From an uncultured Acidobacteriota bacterium (GTDB lineage: Bacteria > Acidobacteriota > Terriglobia > Terriglobales > Acidobacteriaceae): a stretch of 64,000 bases of DNA. Below the pieces are notes generated by a model. The model had not been told where the DNA came from. It saw only the letters and a program-made list of their open reading frames with translations, and did no database searches. Shown here piece by piece: positions 18,536 through 29,175 of the stretch (its first letter is position 1; each line of letters opens with the position of its first letter). The translations under genes were made by a program, and so were the position numbers. The DNA lies in the NCBI GenBank assembly GCA_963696705.1, contig CAVOLD010000012.1:128079-192078 (forward strand). Direction: 5' to 3'.

Positions 18536-20725
18536 TTATAGCGGCGCTTCACTCGACTCTTCCTTTTTGCCGTTTCCCCGCCGTTCAAGCAACACGACCA
18601 TCGAGCGTGCCTGCAGAGGATAAGGTGCGCCTCCGTCGTAGGTTTCGACGGAGCGCAAGCCCGCTTCGCGGGAAGTGTCCATCCATGCGGTCCAGCGGGT
18701 GCCGGGACGGAAGGACGGCAAGGCGAACTGCACATCTTCGTGATACGCGTTAAGAAGAACGAGGAAGTTCTCGTCGCCGAGTTTTCGTCCGCGCTCATCG
18801 GTCTCATCTAAGCCCTGACCCGAAAGAAACATTCCTAAACAGTGAAGTGAGCCGTCGCGCCACTCGTCCTCACTGATCTCGTTGCCGACGGGATTAAGCC
18901 AGAGCACATCCTTTACGTTTGCACCTTTGATTGGCCGGCCCTGAAAAAATCTTTTCCGCCGGAATAAGGGATGCCGCTTTCGCAGGTTGATCATGCGTTG
19001 AACGAATGCGAGCAAGTCGCGATCCTGCGGTTGCAAATTCCAATTTAGCCAACTGATCGGATTATCCTGACAGTAGGCGTTATTGTTTCCCATCTGCGTG
19101 TGCCCGATCGCATCGCCCGCATACAGCATCGGTACGCCTTGGGATAGGAGCAGCGTCGCCAGCAGATTCCGCTTTTGCTTAGCGCGCAGTGCCTGAATAT
19201 TAGGATCGTCGGTGGGACCCTCGACCCCGCAATTCCAGCTGCGATTGTCGTTATTGCCGTCGCGATTGCCTTCGCCGTTGGCTTCGTTGTGCTTTTCGTT
19301 GTAACTGACCAGATCCTGCAGCGTGAACCCGTCATGCGCCGTGATGAAATTCACGCTGGCATAAGGACGCCGTCCGCTGTGCGCGTAGAGGTCGCTGGAT
19401 CCGGTGATGCGATAGGCCAGATCTCCCACGACTCCTCCGTCACCCTTCCAATAAGAGCGCACCGTATTGCGGTAGCGATCGTTCCACTCCGCCCAGCCCA
19501 CGGGAAAATTTCCGACCTGATAGCCTCCTTCGCCGAGGTCCCACGGTTCGGCGATCAGCTTCACCTGAGAGAGCACGGGATCCTGATGAATAATATCGAG
19601 GAACGCGCCCAGGCGATCAACCTCATGCAGTTCGCGAGCAAGAGTGGCGGCGAGGTCAAAGCGGAAGCCGTCGACGTGCATGTCGAGAACCCAGTACCGC
19701 AGACTATCCATGATCAGCTGCAGTACACGCGGATGTTGCATGTTCAATGTGTTCCCGGTGCCAGTGTAGTCTGTGTAGTAACGCGGGTTGTCGGGCGCAA
19801 GGCGGTAGTAGGTGCTATTGTCGATGCCCTTCAACGAGAGCGTGGGCCCAAGTTGATTGCCTTCGGCAGTGTGGTTATAGACGACATCGAGAATCACCTC
19901 GAGACCCGCCGAATGCAGGGTCTTGACCATGGTCTTGAATTCGCGGATGGACTGAGTAGCCATGTACCGTGGCTCGAGCGCCAAAAATCCGATGGAGTTA
20001 TAGCCCCAGTAGTTGCGCAGACCCCGCTCCACGAGTTGGCGGTCGTCGACGAACGCGTGTACGGGCATGAGCTCAATCGAGGTCACTCCCAGGCGGGTTA
20101 AGTATTCGATAACGGGAGCTGTGGCCAGACCCGCATACGTCCCACGCAACTGAACGGGAACGTCGGGATGGCACATGGTGAATCCTTTAACGTGAAGCTC
20201 GTAGATGATGGTCTCGTGCCAGGGAATCCGTGGTGGGGCATCCGCTCCCCAGGTGAATGCGGAGTCGATCACGCGGTTCTTCGGCATTCCCGAAGCGTCG
20301 TCGCGCCGATCGAAAGACAAATCTTCTTGCTTGTGTCCTACCCGGTATCCGAAGTGTGAGTCACTCCAACGGATAGTTCCCTGAACCTGCTTGCCGTAGG
20401 GATCAAGCAGAAGTTTGTGATGATTAAATCGGTGCCCTTCCTCGGGAGCGTAGGGGCCAAACACTCGGTACCCGTACAACTGGCCGGGACGCACCTCGGG
20501 CAGGTAGCCGTGCCAGACCATGTCTGTTTGCTCGGGAAGCGGAACGCGGAGGATTTCACGTTTGCCAGTAATGTCGAACAGGCAAAGTTCAACTTTCTCC
20601 GCGTGCTCCGAGTAGAGAGCGAAGTTCACACCCTCGCCGTCCCACGTGGATCCCAAAGGATAAGGCCGGCCGGGCCAGACAATGGGCTGTGGTTGAGAGC
20701 TCATGAACTCGGGTTCCTCCGGCAC
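18536..20725 (-). CDS. glgX: glycogen debranching enzyme GlgX/TreX
   Basis: [30 protein letters not shown]...NYWGYN...[14 protein letters not shown]...GFRFDLA...EPWD are GlgX signatures. Confidence 0.9.
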   Translation of the reverse strand: MPEEPEFMSSQPQPIVWPGRPYPLGSTWDGEGVNFALYSEHAEKVELCLFDITGKREILRVPLPEQTDMVWHGYLPEVRPGQLYGYRVFGPYAPEEGHRFNHHKLLLDPYGKQVQGTIRWSDSHFGYRVGHKQEDLSFDRRDDASGMPKNRVIDSAFTWGADAPPRIPWHETIIYELHVKGFTMCHPDVPVQLRGTYAGLATAPVIEYLTRLGVTSIELMPVHAFVDDRQLVERGLRNYWGYNSIGFLALEPRYMATQSIREFKTMVKTLHSAGLEVILDVVYNHTAEGNQLGPTLSLKGIDNSTYYRLAPDNPRYYTDYTGTGNTLNMQHPRVLQLIMDSLRYWVLDMHVDGFRFDLAATLARELHEVDRLGAFLDIIHQDPVLSQVKLIAEPWDLGEGGYQVGNFPVGWAEWNDRYRNTVRSYWKGDGGVVGDLAYRITGSSDLYAHSGRRPYASVNFITAHDGFTLQDLVSYNEKHNEANGEGNRDGNNDNRSWNCGVEGPTDDPNIQALRAKQKRNLLATLLLSQGVPMLYAGDAIGHTQMGNNNAYCQDNPISWLNWNLQPQDRDLLAFVQRMINLRKRHPLFRRKRFFQGRPIKGANVKDVLWLNPVGNEISEDEWRDGSLHCLGMFLSGQGLDETDERGRKLGDENFLVLLNAYHEDVQFALPSFRPGTRWTAWMDTSREAGLRSVETYDGGAPYPLQARSMVVLLERRGNGKKEESSEAPL

Positions 20726-21018
20726 ACGCTAATGCGAGTTTGTAACACCAGTGTTTTAGTCCAGTCCCGCCGCTCCTGCGCCGATCACGATGACATCGGG
20801 GATGCTCCACATGAGAGCTTGTTTCAACGGCCGGGGAACAAGAGATCGCCATTCGACAGCGGAACGCGCCGATCTCCAAGTGAGCTTGCTGAAAAACAAG
20901 CATCACTTGCAGCTCGACGTTAATTTAATAATGCTACTCTCTTCGACCGCAAGTGAAGATCTTGGATGACTCCCAAGCGCAAAGGTTGTGAGCTGGTGCA
21001 ACGGATATGCGGTCTGGT

Positions 21019-22623
21019 TCAGTCCGCTTCATGGTTTTTGTGGCCAAAGTCCGAACCAAAGTGAGGTTCTGACTTTGTACCGGTGACTTTGACTGGAAGC
21101 TCGGTTCCAGCGCCATTCTTGCTAAAGAAAGGATCCGCTGGCTTCAGGAGAATTGATTTCCATCCGGTCACCATATGCGAGAGTTTCGCGTCCAAGCGCG
21201 CTTTCCCATGGAATTCGAATTCGTTTCCGTCCAGGCTATACTTGCCGGTTAGGTTCACCTGGGTTCCCGGGATGTTGAACTGCAGTTGGGAAAAGTCGAT
21301 AACACCATTCTCCAAGTCAAATGTGCCGCTCAAATCGGAGCTCACGTCTTCACTCACATTTTCTTTCGCCAGTTTTGGTTTCCCTTGACTGCGCAGGCTG
21401 AGCGCGTCGATTTTGTTCTGGATCTTTTCGTTGGCAAAATGCGCCTCCGTCACTTCGAAGCGGCCCGCCAGCTTTAGCCGATCGGACATCACGGGATCTC
21501 CAGGTGGGAGATCAAAGTTTGTCTTTAATTTCACTACTCCCGTCATCACCGGTGGATCGGTTCGTACAGCCAGTTTCAGCAGGTCCTCAATTCTCCCCTT
21601 GGCAATCGTGACATCGAGCTGTACACGATGCCCATTCGGTTCTTTCATCCGTACTACCGAGCCCTTTGCCACCAACCAGGTACTCAGAATCTTCGCTTTT
21701 ACTGGCTGCAGGTACGTATCTCCGTTGGTCCCGTCAACGATTGCATGAAAGTCTGTATGCAGTGGGACGGGTCGCCCGCTGATCGCAATGCGAAAGTCGG
21801 GAGTGTCTGTTGTGCCGTTCACAACTATATTGTCCAGGCTACCTGCGTATTGCCCAGTCGATGAGAGGATCCCGCCGATGCCCTTGATCGTGCTCAAATC
21901 TGCGTGGCTGAATGAATAGGTGCCGCGCACGGGAGTATCGCGCGGACTGTCGGCCTGCCAGGGCCCAAACAATCCACTCGATACGATATTTCCGACGGGT
22001 TTCGGATTAATCAGTTTTGCGTCAAAGTGCAAAGGCTGGCCGGGTCCGATGCTGGTCATCTTCAGACTTTCGATGTCAAATTCGAGAGGAAGCTTGCCTG
22101 GCTTCGAAGTGTTGATGACCAACGCGGCCTCGTCACATACAAACTTATCGACCGTGATTTTTATCTTCGCACCCTTGGGCTCCAGATTGTTCATTTGGTC
22201 GCGTTGTCCTCGGGGCGGCAAATTCAGCGACAGCCCTTTCACGTACACGGTGTCGACGTGCATGGGAGAACGAAATAGATCCATCAGGCCAGTCCGAAAT
22301 CTAAATTCGGCCACGCTGATGATCGGCTGAATTCCCGGCTCGTGAGTGTTCGGGTCAGTGGCTCCGAAGAGTCTGAGGCCTTTGCCTGAAACCTGGAGTC
22401 CTCGTGCCAGAGAAACGTGGAATCCATCGAGCTGAACCTTCGTGTGAAAGCGAGCGGATAGAGTCTCAATTACGCGTTCCTGCAGAATCGGCTCGGCATG
22501 AGACACAAGAATCGCTGCCACCGCGCCGAGGATCGCCGCCGAAAGGAGAGCAATTCCGAGGATCCAGCGCCAAGGCTTGTGTCGCACTATCTTGGCCGAC
22601 GAATCTTGTTGATGGCCTGACAT
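21019..22623 (-). CDS. AsmA-family / DUF748-like envelope protein
   Basis: 534 aa. N-terminal TM (WILGIALLSAAILGAVAAILV), then a long beta-rich region with LDGFHVSLARGLQVSGKGLRLF-type repeats typical of AsmA-like proteins. Confidence 0.6.
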   Translation of the reverse strand: MSGHQQDSSAKIVRHKPWRWILGIALLSAAILGAVAAILVSHAEPILQERVIETLSARFHTKVQLDGFHVSLARGLQVSGKGLRLFGATDPNTHEPGIQPIISVAEFRFRTGLMDLFRSPMHVDTVYVKGLSLNLPPRGQRDQMNNLEPKGAKIKITVDKFVCDEAALVINTSKPGKLPLEFDIESLKMTSIGPGQPLHFDAKLINPKPVGNIVSSGLFGPWQADSPRDTPVRGTYSFSHADLSTIKGIGGILSSTGQYAGSLDNIVVNGTTDTPDFRIAISGRPVPLHTDFHAIVDGTNGDTYLQPVKAKILSTWLVAKGSVVRMKEPNGHRVQLDVTIAKGRIEDLLKLAVRTDPPVMTGVVKLKTNFDLPPGDPVMSDRLKLAGRFEVTEAHFANEKIQNKIDALSLRSQGKPKLAKENVSEDVSSDLSGTFDLENGVIDFSQLQFNIPGTQVNLTGKYSLDGNEFEFHGKARLDAKLSHMVTGWKSILLKPADPFFSKNGAGTELPVKVTGTKSEPHFGSDFGHKNHEAD

Positions 22624-22757
22624 TATTATCCCGAAGGGAGTGTATGCTCCTCACACACAAGGCACAATCAAGGGAAATCCCTACCACTGCAAAGAAAAAA
22701 CTGCATGACCATCCTCTGTGCTCACGCAAGCAATCTTCGGCGCATTACAATGCGAAC

Positions 22758-23957
22758 TCAATCGCCTAGCCATGCCCCGAACGCATGCAGAGAATCAATG
22801 TAATCGCAGATAATTTTAGTCATCGCCACGAGCGGAACCGCCAAAATCAGGCCCATCGCTCCCCAGATCCATGCCCAAAACAGCAGAGCCAGCGTGACCG
22901 CGAGAGGATTCAACTGCAACCGCTTACCTACTATTTTCGGAAATAGGACGTTCGTCGCGACGATATGCATTCCAACTACAGTAAAAAGAATAGTCAGAAT
23001 GCCGGTTTTATCCAGGATTCCGATACCTGCCGTCAAGGGCGGGAGGAGAGCGAGAAAAACACCCAAGTACGGGATCAAGCTTACAAAACCGCTGATTGCG
23101 GCCAGGAAATAAAAGTACGGTATGCCCAGCCGCCAAAATATGATGCCACTAATCACGGCATTGGCCAGGCCCAGAGCAAAACTTCCGGCTATGAATCTGC
23201 GAATCATCTCAGATATTCGCGCGACCGTGCGATGCGCTACCAATCGATGTTCTTTGGGGAACAGCCGCACAGTATTGGAATGTACGTGGTCCTTCCACGT
23301 CAGCATGAAGTAAACCAGGAACGGCACAAAGCTGACGGCCAACAGAGCGTCGCCCAGTGTTCCGCTTCCGGCTGAGATAATGCTGGACAGACCAGTGGAT
23401 TGGTGGATCTCAACCGCGATTGGCTGTTTGGCAGGCTTTGGCGAGGCGATCACGGACCCTGCACTCTCTTCAATCTTTTCGGTTTGCGCTCTAAAGCCCG
23501 CAATGGCGGAATGAATTTTGCCCGAGTACTTTGGCAGCTCGGTGGCAAAATCGACGGCGCGACTATAAAAGAAGTGAATCAAGCTGACCGCCAGCGCCAC
23601 CATCAACAATACCGCCAACAACGCTCCCATCGCCCGGGGAACTCGGATCCGGTGGAGCTGCTTAACCAGCGGTTCCATCGCGAATGCCAAAAGCATTGCC
23701 GACAGGATGGTCACGAGTACGATTTTCAAGAGGTAAATAAGACCGATCACGGCAATCGCAGCCACTACAATTTGGGCCACTGAACCGGCTTTAATAGACG
23801 CATGCAGAATGTCCTCTTCTTCTGTTTCTGTATTTGTGGCGGCGTTTACTGGCTCTGCGAGCCGGGCGTTGGCAACTTGGCTTGCGGCGTTCCATTCGCG
23901 AGCAGTGGAATTGGCCTGCGTCAGCAATGTCTTCGTGGGATTCGATTCAAGCGGCAT
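22758..23957 (-). CDS. AI-2E family transporter (PerM/UPF0118)
   Basis: Multi-TM protein. ...SLIPYLGVFLALLPP...LFPKIVGKRLQLNPLAVTLALLFWAWIWGAMGLILAVPL is the family's C-terminal signature. Confidence 0.85.
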   Translation of the reverse strand: MPLESNPTKTLLTQANSTAREWNAASQVANARLAEPVNAATNTETEEEDILHASIKAGSVAQIVVAAIAVIGLIYLLKIVLVTILSAMLLAFAMEPLVKQLHRIRVPRAMGALLAVLLMVALAVSLIHFFYSRAVDFATELPKYSGKIHSAIAGFRAQTEKIEESAGSVIASPKPAKQPIAVEIHQSTGLSSIISAGSGTLGDALLAVSFVPFLVYFMLTWKDHVHSNTVRLFPKEHRLVAHRTVARISEMIRRFIAGSFALGLANAVISGIIFWRLGIPYFYFLAAISGFVSLIPYLGVFLALLPPLTAGIGILDKTGILTILFTVVGMHIVATNVLFPKIVGKRLQLNPLAVTLALLFWAWIWGAMGLILAVPLVAMTKIICDYIDSLHAFGAWLGD

Positions 23958-24125
23958 ATGGTGGCGCTATAGGACGGCTCCGGAGACTCTTCTGTTGCTT
24001 TGCGCAATCTGCGGGCCAAGCAAAGCTGGAAAGATCTTTCATGCAATTCAGCGCCAGACAAGGCAACTCGCGTTTAACCGAAACCATCGAAAAGCCGCTA
24101 GTAGAGGGCAAGAGCGCGCCAGCCT

Positions 24126-26876
24126 ATGTCGAGTCCTATGTCGATGATGCGGCACTCCCTTATTTGTGGTTTGATTTGGATATCCCTGGTTCTTTCGGGT
24201 TGCGGAGGATTAGGAGGCAATTCCAGTTCTTCAAATGGTTCTTTTCAACTCAGCGTCCAAGTCGCAGGCGGCGGCAGCGGAACCGTCAGCAGCAGCCCCG
24301 CAGGCATCAACTGTGGTCAGCTGTGCAGTGCCAGCTTTGCTAGCGGGATAGTCGTGACTCTTGCTGCATCTCCGGCAGCCAATTCTTTTTTTGCTGGGTG
24401 GTCTGGGGCCTGCAGTGGCGTTGGCGCTTGCAAAATAACGTTGAGCCAAAATTCTTCCGCCACTGCTACCTTCAGCGATTCGCCAGTACTGGCGGTGAGT
24501 CTGAGCGGCACTGGCAAGGGAAGCGTCAGCAGCAATCCATCTGGTATCAATTGTGGGCAGACGTGCAGCGCTAGCTTTGGCCCGGGCACTGCGGTAACTC
24601 TCACCGCGGCCGCTGCAGAAGGCTCAACCTTCGTTGGATGGGCGGGAGGCTGCACCGGCACCGACGCGACCTGCACCGTGAAGCTCAGTGCGAGCGAGCA
24701 GGTGACTGCAACCTTCGATAATGCTCAAGCCCCACCAGTCTTAAACGTTCGCTTCGCAGGTACTGGCGTGGGTACAGTCTCAAGCAATCCCGCGGGAATC
24801 AGTTGTGCCCCGACGTGCAGCGCGAGCTTCAGCGTTGGAACTCAGGTGACGCTGACGGAGACGCCCGCAGCCAACTCATCTTTCGACGGTTGGTCCGGAG
24901 GCGGTTGCAGCGGCACCAGCACCACGTGCACGGTAACGCTTAACTCGAGCGAGCAAGTTACCGCCACGTTTAACGCAAATGCACCTATGCTAACCGTGAC
25001 CCTGGCGGGAACCGGCGCCGGCACAGTATCAAGCAGTCCTGCTGGAATCAGCTGTCCAACGACGTGCAGCGCGGCCTTTAGTGTCGGAACTCAGGTGACG
25101 CTTACCGAAACTCCTGTGACGAATTCGTCGTTTGCCGGTTGGTCAGGAGCTTGCAGCGGCACTAACTCGACTTGCACAGTCACGCTCAGTGCGAGCCAGC
25201 AAGTTACTGCGACCTTCAACATTAATCAGCTTCTCTTGACCGTGAGCCTCGGCGGAACCGGCACAGGCTCGGTATCAAGCAGTCCCGCGGGAATCAGTTG
25301 TCCCACAACCTGCAGTGCGAGCTTCAACGCCGGAACTCAGGTTACGCTTACGGAGAATCCTGCAAGTGGCTCAACTTTCGCAGGCTGGTCCGGAGGCGGA
25401 TGCAGCGGCGTAGGCTCGACTTGCCAAGTGACACTGACGACGAGCGAGCAGGTCACTGCAACCTTCAACCTTGCCCAAGGTATTAACGTTCTCAACCACA
25501 TCGTTTTCCTGGCGCAGGAAAATCGCTCATTCGATCATTATTTTGGCGAGCTGCGGCAATATTGGGCTCAGAACGGATACCCCGACCAATCGTTCGACGG
25601 TCTGCCTCAATTTAATCCCACGTCAGGCCAACCGCCACTGTATGGGCCACCGCCCGCCATCCCGGGTTGCAACCCTGACTCGCCGCCGCCGGAAGACTGC
25701 GTGTTTGACCCGAGTAATCTCATCACGTCGTATCAGTTGATAACTCAGTGCATAGAAAATCCGAGCCCCTCGTGGAACGAGGCTCACGTGGATTGGAACT
25801 ACTACGACCCGGAGGGCCAGGCTGCCGCCAATTTGGACGGCTTCGTCTGGACTGCGGGGCACGACGGTCGGGCTGACAACTTCTACGACGTCGACGGCAT
25901 CCGCGCGATGGGCTACAACACGGGCGACAACCTCAATTACTACTACTTCATGGCGTCGAACTTTGCCACTTCGGATCGATGGTTTAACCCGGCAATGACC
26001 CGAACGCATCCGAATCGCGAATATCTTATCGCCGGTACCTCGCAGGGATATGCGTATCCGGTAGGCACCGACAACAATGATAAGAAGCTGCTGACAGCAA
26101 CGACCATCTTTCAAGAGCTGCAAGCCGCAGGCATCAGTTGGAAAATTTATGTTGACCCAACGAACAGCAGTTGCACCGGGCCCCCGTATGATCCTGCGTG
26201 TCTGCTGGGATTGAGCTACGTGCAGTTTTTTCAATGGGGCCAGACGATACCGACACAGTATCCTAACAACATCGCTCCGATATCCCAGTACTTCACGGAT
26301 CTGGCGAATGGAACTTTGCCGCAAGTGGCTCAGATCGAGCCCGCAACGGACGCTGGTTTCGACGAGCATCCATCCGTCTCTGATTCAGAACCGAATGATA
26401 TTCAAAGGGGAGCAAATTACGTCTCCTCACTCATCAATGGGCTCATGACGAGTTCTTCGTGGTCGGATTCGGCGTTTATTCTCACCTACGACGAAGGAGG
26501 AGGGCTTTACGACCACGTTTCGCCGCAGCCGACCGTCAGTCCGGATGGCATCAAGCCAGTGGATTTGCTTCCCGGTGATATCTGCACGCAAACCACTGGG
26601 CCAACTTGCGATTTTGTTTATACCGGCTACCGCGTGCCTTTGATCGTGGTGTCGCCATATTCGCAGAAAAACTACGTCTCGCACACCGTCGCAGACCTGA
26701 CTGCGATTTTGAAGTTCATTGAAACTCGTTTTAACTTGCCGGCCCTTACCAATCGGGACGCCGCTCAGATGGATATGACTGAATTCTTTAATTTCAGCAA
26801 TCCAGCCTGGCTGACTCCTCCAACTCCGCCTGCCCAAATCACGGATGGCGCTTGCTATTTGAACAAGTTGCCATAG
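24126..26876 (+). CDS. lipoprotein phosphoesterase (phospholipase C / AcpA family) with five N-terminal B-repeat domains
   Basis: Lipobox LVLSGC. Five ~82-aa repeats follow. The catalytic part starts NHIVFLAQENRSFDHYFG (PF04185-type motif) and ends GACYLNKLP. Confidence 0.85.
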   Translation: MSSPMSMMRHSLICGLIWISLVLSGCGGLGGNSSSSNGSFQLSVQVAGGGSGTVSSSPAGINCGQLCSASFASGIVVTLAASPAANSFFAGWSGACSGVGACKITLSQNSSATATFSDSPVLAVSLSGTGKGSVSSNPSGINCGQTCSASFGPGTAVTLTAAAAEGSTFVGWAGGCTGTDATCTVKLSASEQVTATFDNAQAPPVLNVRFAGTGVGTVSSNPAGISCAPTCSASFSVGTQVTLTETPAANSSFDGWSGGGCSGTSTTCTVTLNSSEQVTATFNANAPMLTVTLAGTGAGTVSSSPAGISCPTTCSAAFSVGTQVTLTETPVTNSSFAGWSGACSGTNSTCTVTLSASQQVTATFNINQLLLTVSLGGTGTGSVSSSPAGISCPTTCSASFNAGTQVTLTENPASGSTFAGWSGGGCSGVGSTCQVTLTTSEQVTATFNLAQGINVLNHIVFLAQENRSFDHYFGELRQYWAQNGYPDQSFDGLPQFNPTSGQPPLYGPPPAIPGCNPDSPPPEDCVFDPSNLITSYQLITQCIENPSPSWNEAHVDWNYYDPEGQAAANLDGFVWTAGHDGRADNFYDVDGIRAMGYNTGDNLNYYYFMASNFATSDRWFNPAMTRTHPNREYLIAGTSQGYAYPVGTDNNDKKLLTATTIFQELQAAGISWKIYVDPTNSSCTGPPYDPACLLGLSYVQFFQWGQTIPTQYPNNIAPISQYFTDLANGTLPQVAQIEPATDAGFDEHPSVSDSEPNDIQRGANYVSSLINGLMTSSSWSDSAFILTYDEGGGLYDHVSPQPTVSPDGIKPVDLLPGDICTQTTGPTCDFVYTGYRVPLIVVSPYSQKNYVSHTVADLTAILKFIETRFNLPALTNRDAAQMDMTEFFNFSNPAWLTPPTPPAQITDGACYLNKLP
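24240..25470 (+). repeat. five tandem ~246-bp coding repeats (bacterial Ig-like / InlB B-repeat-type domains)
   Basis: The unit GTG.G.VSSSPAGISC..TCSASF..GTQVTLTE.P...S.F.GWSG..CSG...TC.VTL..S.QVTATF is repeated 5 times. Nucleotide similarity between units 3-5 is visible by eye. Confidence 0.8.
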
Positions 26877-26928
26877 GAAATGGACAGAAACTCGGAGCAA
26901 CCGTTTCGTGCCATTTGGCCTCTGAATA

Positions 26929-28203
26929 TTGGCATCTATGGGACTTAAGAGCAATCATAATAGCGGGGAATCACGGGTTCCCGTGCCGCGCCAGCGATGG
27001 CGCGGCAGCGTCGTGATCGTCGGGATCTGGCTTTTTGTCGGAGCAATCGGGCTTGACGCTCAAACATCTCCTCCGACGCCCGCTCCCCCCGCCGCAACCG
27101 GGGCCGCTCAACCGGTCCAGTCTCCCGGTGCTGCACCGGCGACTCAGAGCGAGGGCGCGACGGGCATGCCACAGGCGCAGCCTAACGACCAGCCGTCTGC
27201 CGACGACCAGAGTGGTGTCTTCGTATTCAAGAAAGAAGTACAAGAAGTCGTGTTGCACGCAACCGTCGTGGATGATCAACGCCGCTTGGTCACGAATCTT
27301 GATCGGCCTGCCTTTACGGTTTTCGAGGATGGCGTGCGACAGGCTACGACCTCGTTTCACCGCGATGACGTTCCCGTCGCGATGGGCATCGTTATCGACA
27401 ACTCCGGCTCCATGCGCGAGAAGCGAAACAAAGTGAACGAGGCTGTACTGAACCTGATTCGAGCCAGCAACCCGAATGACGAAATCTTCGTGGTGAATTT
27501 CAGCCAGGATTCCTATCTCGACCAGGACTTCACATCCGATATCAACCTTCTTCAACAGGCTTTGCAAAAGGTTTCCGCGCAAGGCAGTACGGCGCTCTAT
27601 GACGCTATTATTGCGTCTGCGGTTCATTTGAAGAACAATCCGCGTGTGGAACGTAAAGTCCTGCTGGTGATCACGGACGGCCGGGACAACGCGAGCCAGG
27701 AGACCCTGCAGGAAGCGACGCGCGGACTGCAGCAGCAGAATGGGCCAACCCTTTATGCCATCGGCCTGCTCAGCGACGAACTTCAGCAATCAGGAACCGA
27801 CGCGCTGCAAAGCCTCGCCGCCAGCACCGGTGGAGTTGCGTTCTTTCCGCGAAGCCTCGATGAAGTTGACGGCATTACTCGAACCGTCGCGCACGACATT
27901 CGCAGCCAATACACTATCGGTTACAAGTCGACCAACCCCAATCCGAATGGCGGATACCGGAGAATTCAGGTTACAGCGCAGGCCCCGGGCTATCGCAATC
28001 TGACGGTTCGCACTCGGAGCGGATACTCGCGGCAATCGCCCGCAGATGCAGCGATTGATTCCCAACCCTACCAGATTCCTTTATCGCTTCCCGTGATCTT
28101 CTGGCCCACCGCTGCTGCTGTCGCCAGGCAAGGCAACAAACTGAGTCGAGCGGTATTCTTTAATTCTCGATTGAGCAAGAAGGTTGCGAGTTGTGACGCG
28201 TAG
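26929..28203 (+). CDS. secreted VWA-domain protein (VWFA-related acidobacterial domain type)
   Basis: N-terminal TM or signal, P/A/Q-rich linker, then VVLHATVVDDQRRLVTNL....F.VFEDGV.Q.....H.DDVPVAMGIVIDNSGSM (MIDAS DxSGS)...GSTALYDAI. The last ~45 aa read antisense into the neighbouring gene. Confidence 0.8.
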   Translation: MASMGLKSNHNSGESRVPVPRQRWRGSVVIVGIWLFVGAIGLDAQTSPPTPAPPAATGAAQPVQSPGAAPATQSEGATGMPQAQPNDQPSADDQSGVFVFKKEVQEVVLHATVVDDQRRLVTNLDRPAFTVFEDGVRQATTSFHRDDVPVAMGIVIDNSGSMREKRNKVNEAVLNLIRASNPNDEIFVVNFSQDSYLDQDFTSDINLLQQALQKVSAQGSTALYDAIIASAVHLKNNPRVERKVLLVITDGRDNASQETLQEATRGLQQQNGPTLYAIGLLSDELQQSGTDALQSLAASTGGVAFFPRSLDEVDGITRTVAHDIRSQYTIGYKSTNPNPNGGYRRIQVTAQAPGYRNLTVRTRSGYSRQSPADAAIDSQPYQIPLSLPVIFWPTAAAVARQGNKLSRAVFFNSRLSKKVASCDA

Positions 28204-29153
28204 AGCGTGGCAGATTCCGGCATGATCGGGACCCGCAGGAAGTCTCGACGGAAGTGAAGTTTGTCTCCGCCAAATCGCGCCGACGCTCTCACGAAATCCG
28301 GCAGATCGAGCGCTTCGCCTCGATAGTGTTTTACGTAATCCGACACAATTGCGAGGTAAGTAGCCACGCCTTCCCAGATGCCGGCTGCTTTCGCCGAATG
28401 GCGCAAGTCTTCGTAATCGATGGCACCGGTCTCAGCAAGCTTAGCGCTATCGACGATATCGCATAGCCGGAAATAGAAATGGCGGTACATGCGTTGCAAC
28501 GTAGAAATCATCAGCCGATCGGAAATAGCGGGCACCCGAAATAAATGATTTCCGACGTGAACAGAGCGGGCGCGTCTGGCCAATGAATTCGCTATTACAA
28601 GTTGTTCTCCGGTTTGTCCCAGTCGTCCCATGTGAATCTCGACCGCCTCCGGCAATCCGGGGATGACGAAATTCCACTTGTTGGCCAGACGATCTCCCCA
28701 ACTGCGCGGAGAGAGTTCCGCATCAAAGCGGCGCTTCATAAGGCCGATGACTTCGGCCGGCTTCGTATTCGTATACAGATCCAAATCGCTGCCCAAGTCA
28801 GGCCAGTGATCCAGAGATTTAATGACGGCGATGTCGTGTCCTTCCAATTCAAAGGTGCAGCAGATTTTATGCAGGAACAAAATGGCATTATCGATGCGCG
28901 CACGCTCACTTCCGATCGCAGTTGCTGCCCACTCCGCCCTGCGCCAGTCGCCAGCGTCTTTTGCGATCTGTAGAAAGACATCCAGGCCGCGCACCACCAC
29001 GTGATTCGTGTTAGCGAGCGCGACCAGGTCGTTAAATTCATTCTCGCTGATCTTTGTAATGCCCGAGTCAGGCTCTGGCCCGCCAAGCAGAAACTCGGAA
29101 AGAATGGTCAGCGATTTTGTCGAACCGAAAGGAGAAGCTGTTTGTGTAGTCAT
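28068..29153 (-). CDS. uncharacterised nucleotidyltransferase family protein (NTP_transf_5-like)
   Basis: Start trimmed to ATG 29153 (MTTQTASPF...). ...NHVVVRGLDVFLQ...IAVIKSLDHWPDLGSDLDLYTN matches the layout of the PF14907-type family as I recall it. Confidence 0.6.
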   Translation of the reverse strand: MTTQTASPFGSTKSLTILSEFLLGGPEPDSGITKISENEFNDLVALANTNHVVVRGLDVFLQIAKDAGDWRRAEWAATAIGSERARIDNAILFLHKICCTFELEGHDIAVIKSLDHWPDLGSDLDLYTNTKPAEVIGLMKRRFDAELSPRSWGDRLANKWNFVIPGLPEAVEIHMGRLGQTGEQLVIANSLARRARSVHVGNHLFRVPAISDRLMISTLQRMYRHFYFRLCDIVDSAKLAETGAIDYEDLRHSAKAAGIWEGVATYLAIVSDYVKHYRGEALDLPDFVRASARFGGDKLHFRRDFLRVPIMPESATLYASQLATFLLNRELKNTARLSLLPCLATAAAVGQKITGSDKGIW

Positions 29154-29175
29154 ATGTGATGAGATCCCATTACCG

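Noticed and set aside
16723-18807. Long N-terminal extensions suggested by the ORF track (treZ +91 aa; also 40541..41884 +70 aa, 5759..6439 +71 aa, 28068..29279 +42 aa, 835..2406 +52 aa)
   Set aside because: The extensions are Arg/Cys/Pro-rich and overlap upstream genes. Internal ATGs give canonical N-termini or signal peptides and tidy operon junctions.
19175-20101. 308-aa plus-strand ORF
   Set aside because: It lies entirely antisense within glgX, whose translation carries unmistakable GH13 motifs. This is a typical GC-rich shadow frame.
24240-25470. Periodic DNA repeats that might be taken for a CRISPR-like or satellite array
   Set aside because: The period is ~246 bp, there is no short-repeat/spacer structure, and the region is one continuous ORF encoding repeated protein domains.
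26427-26954. 175-aa minus-strand ORF resembling the plus-strand ORF 31447..31929
   Set aside because: The resemblance is just the antisense image of the two paralogous phosphoesterase 3' ends. It is not an independent gene family.
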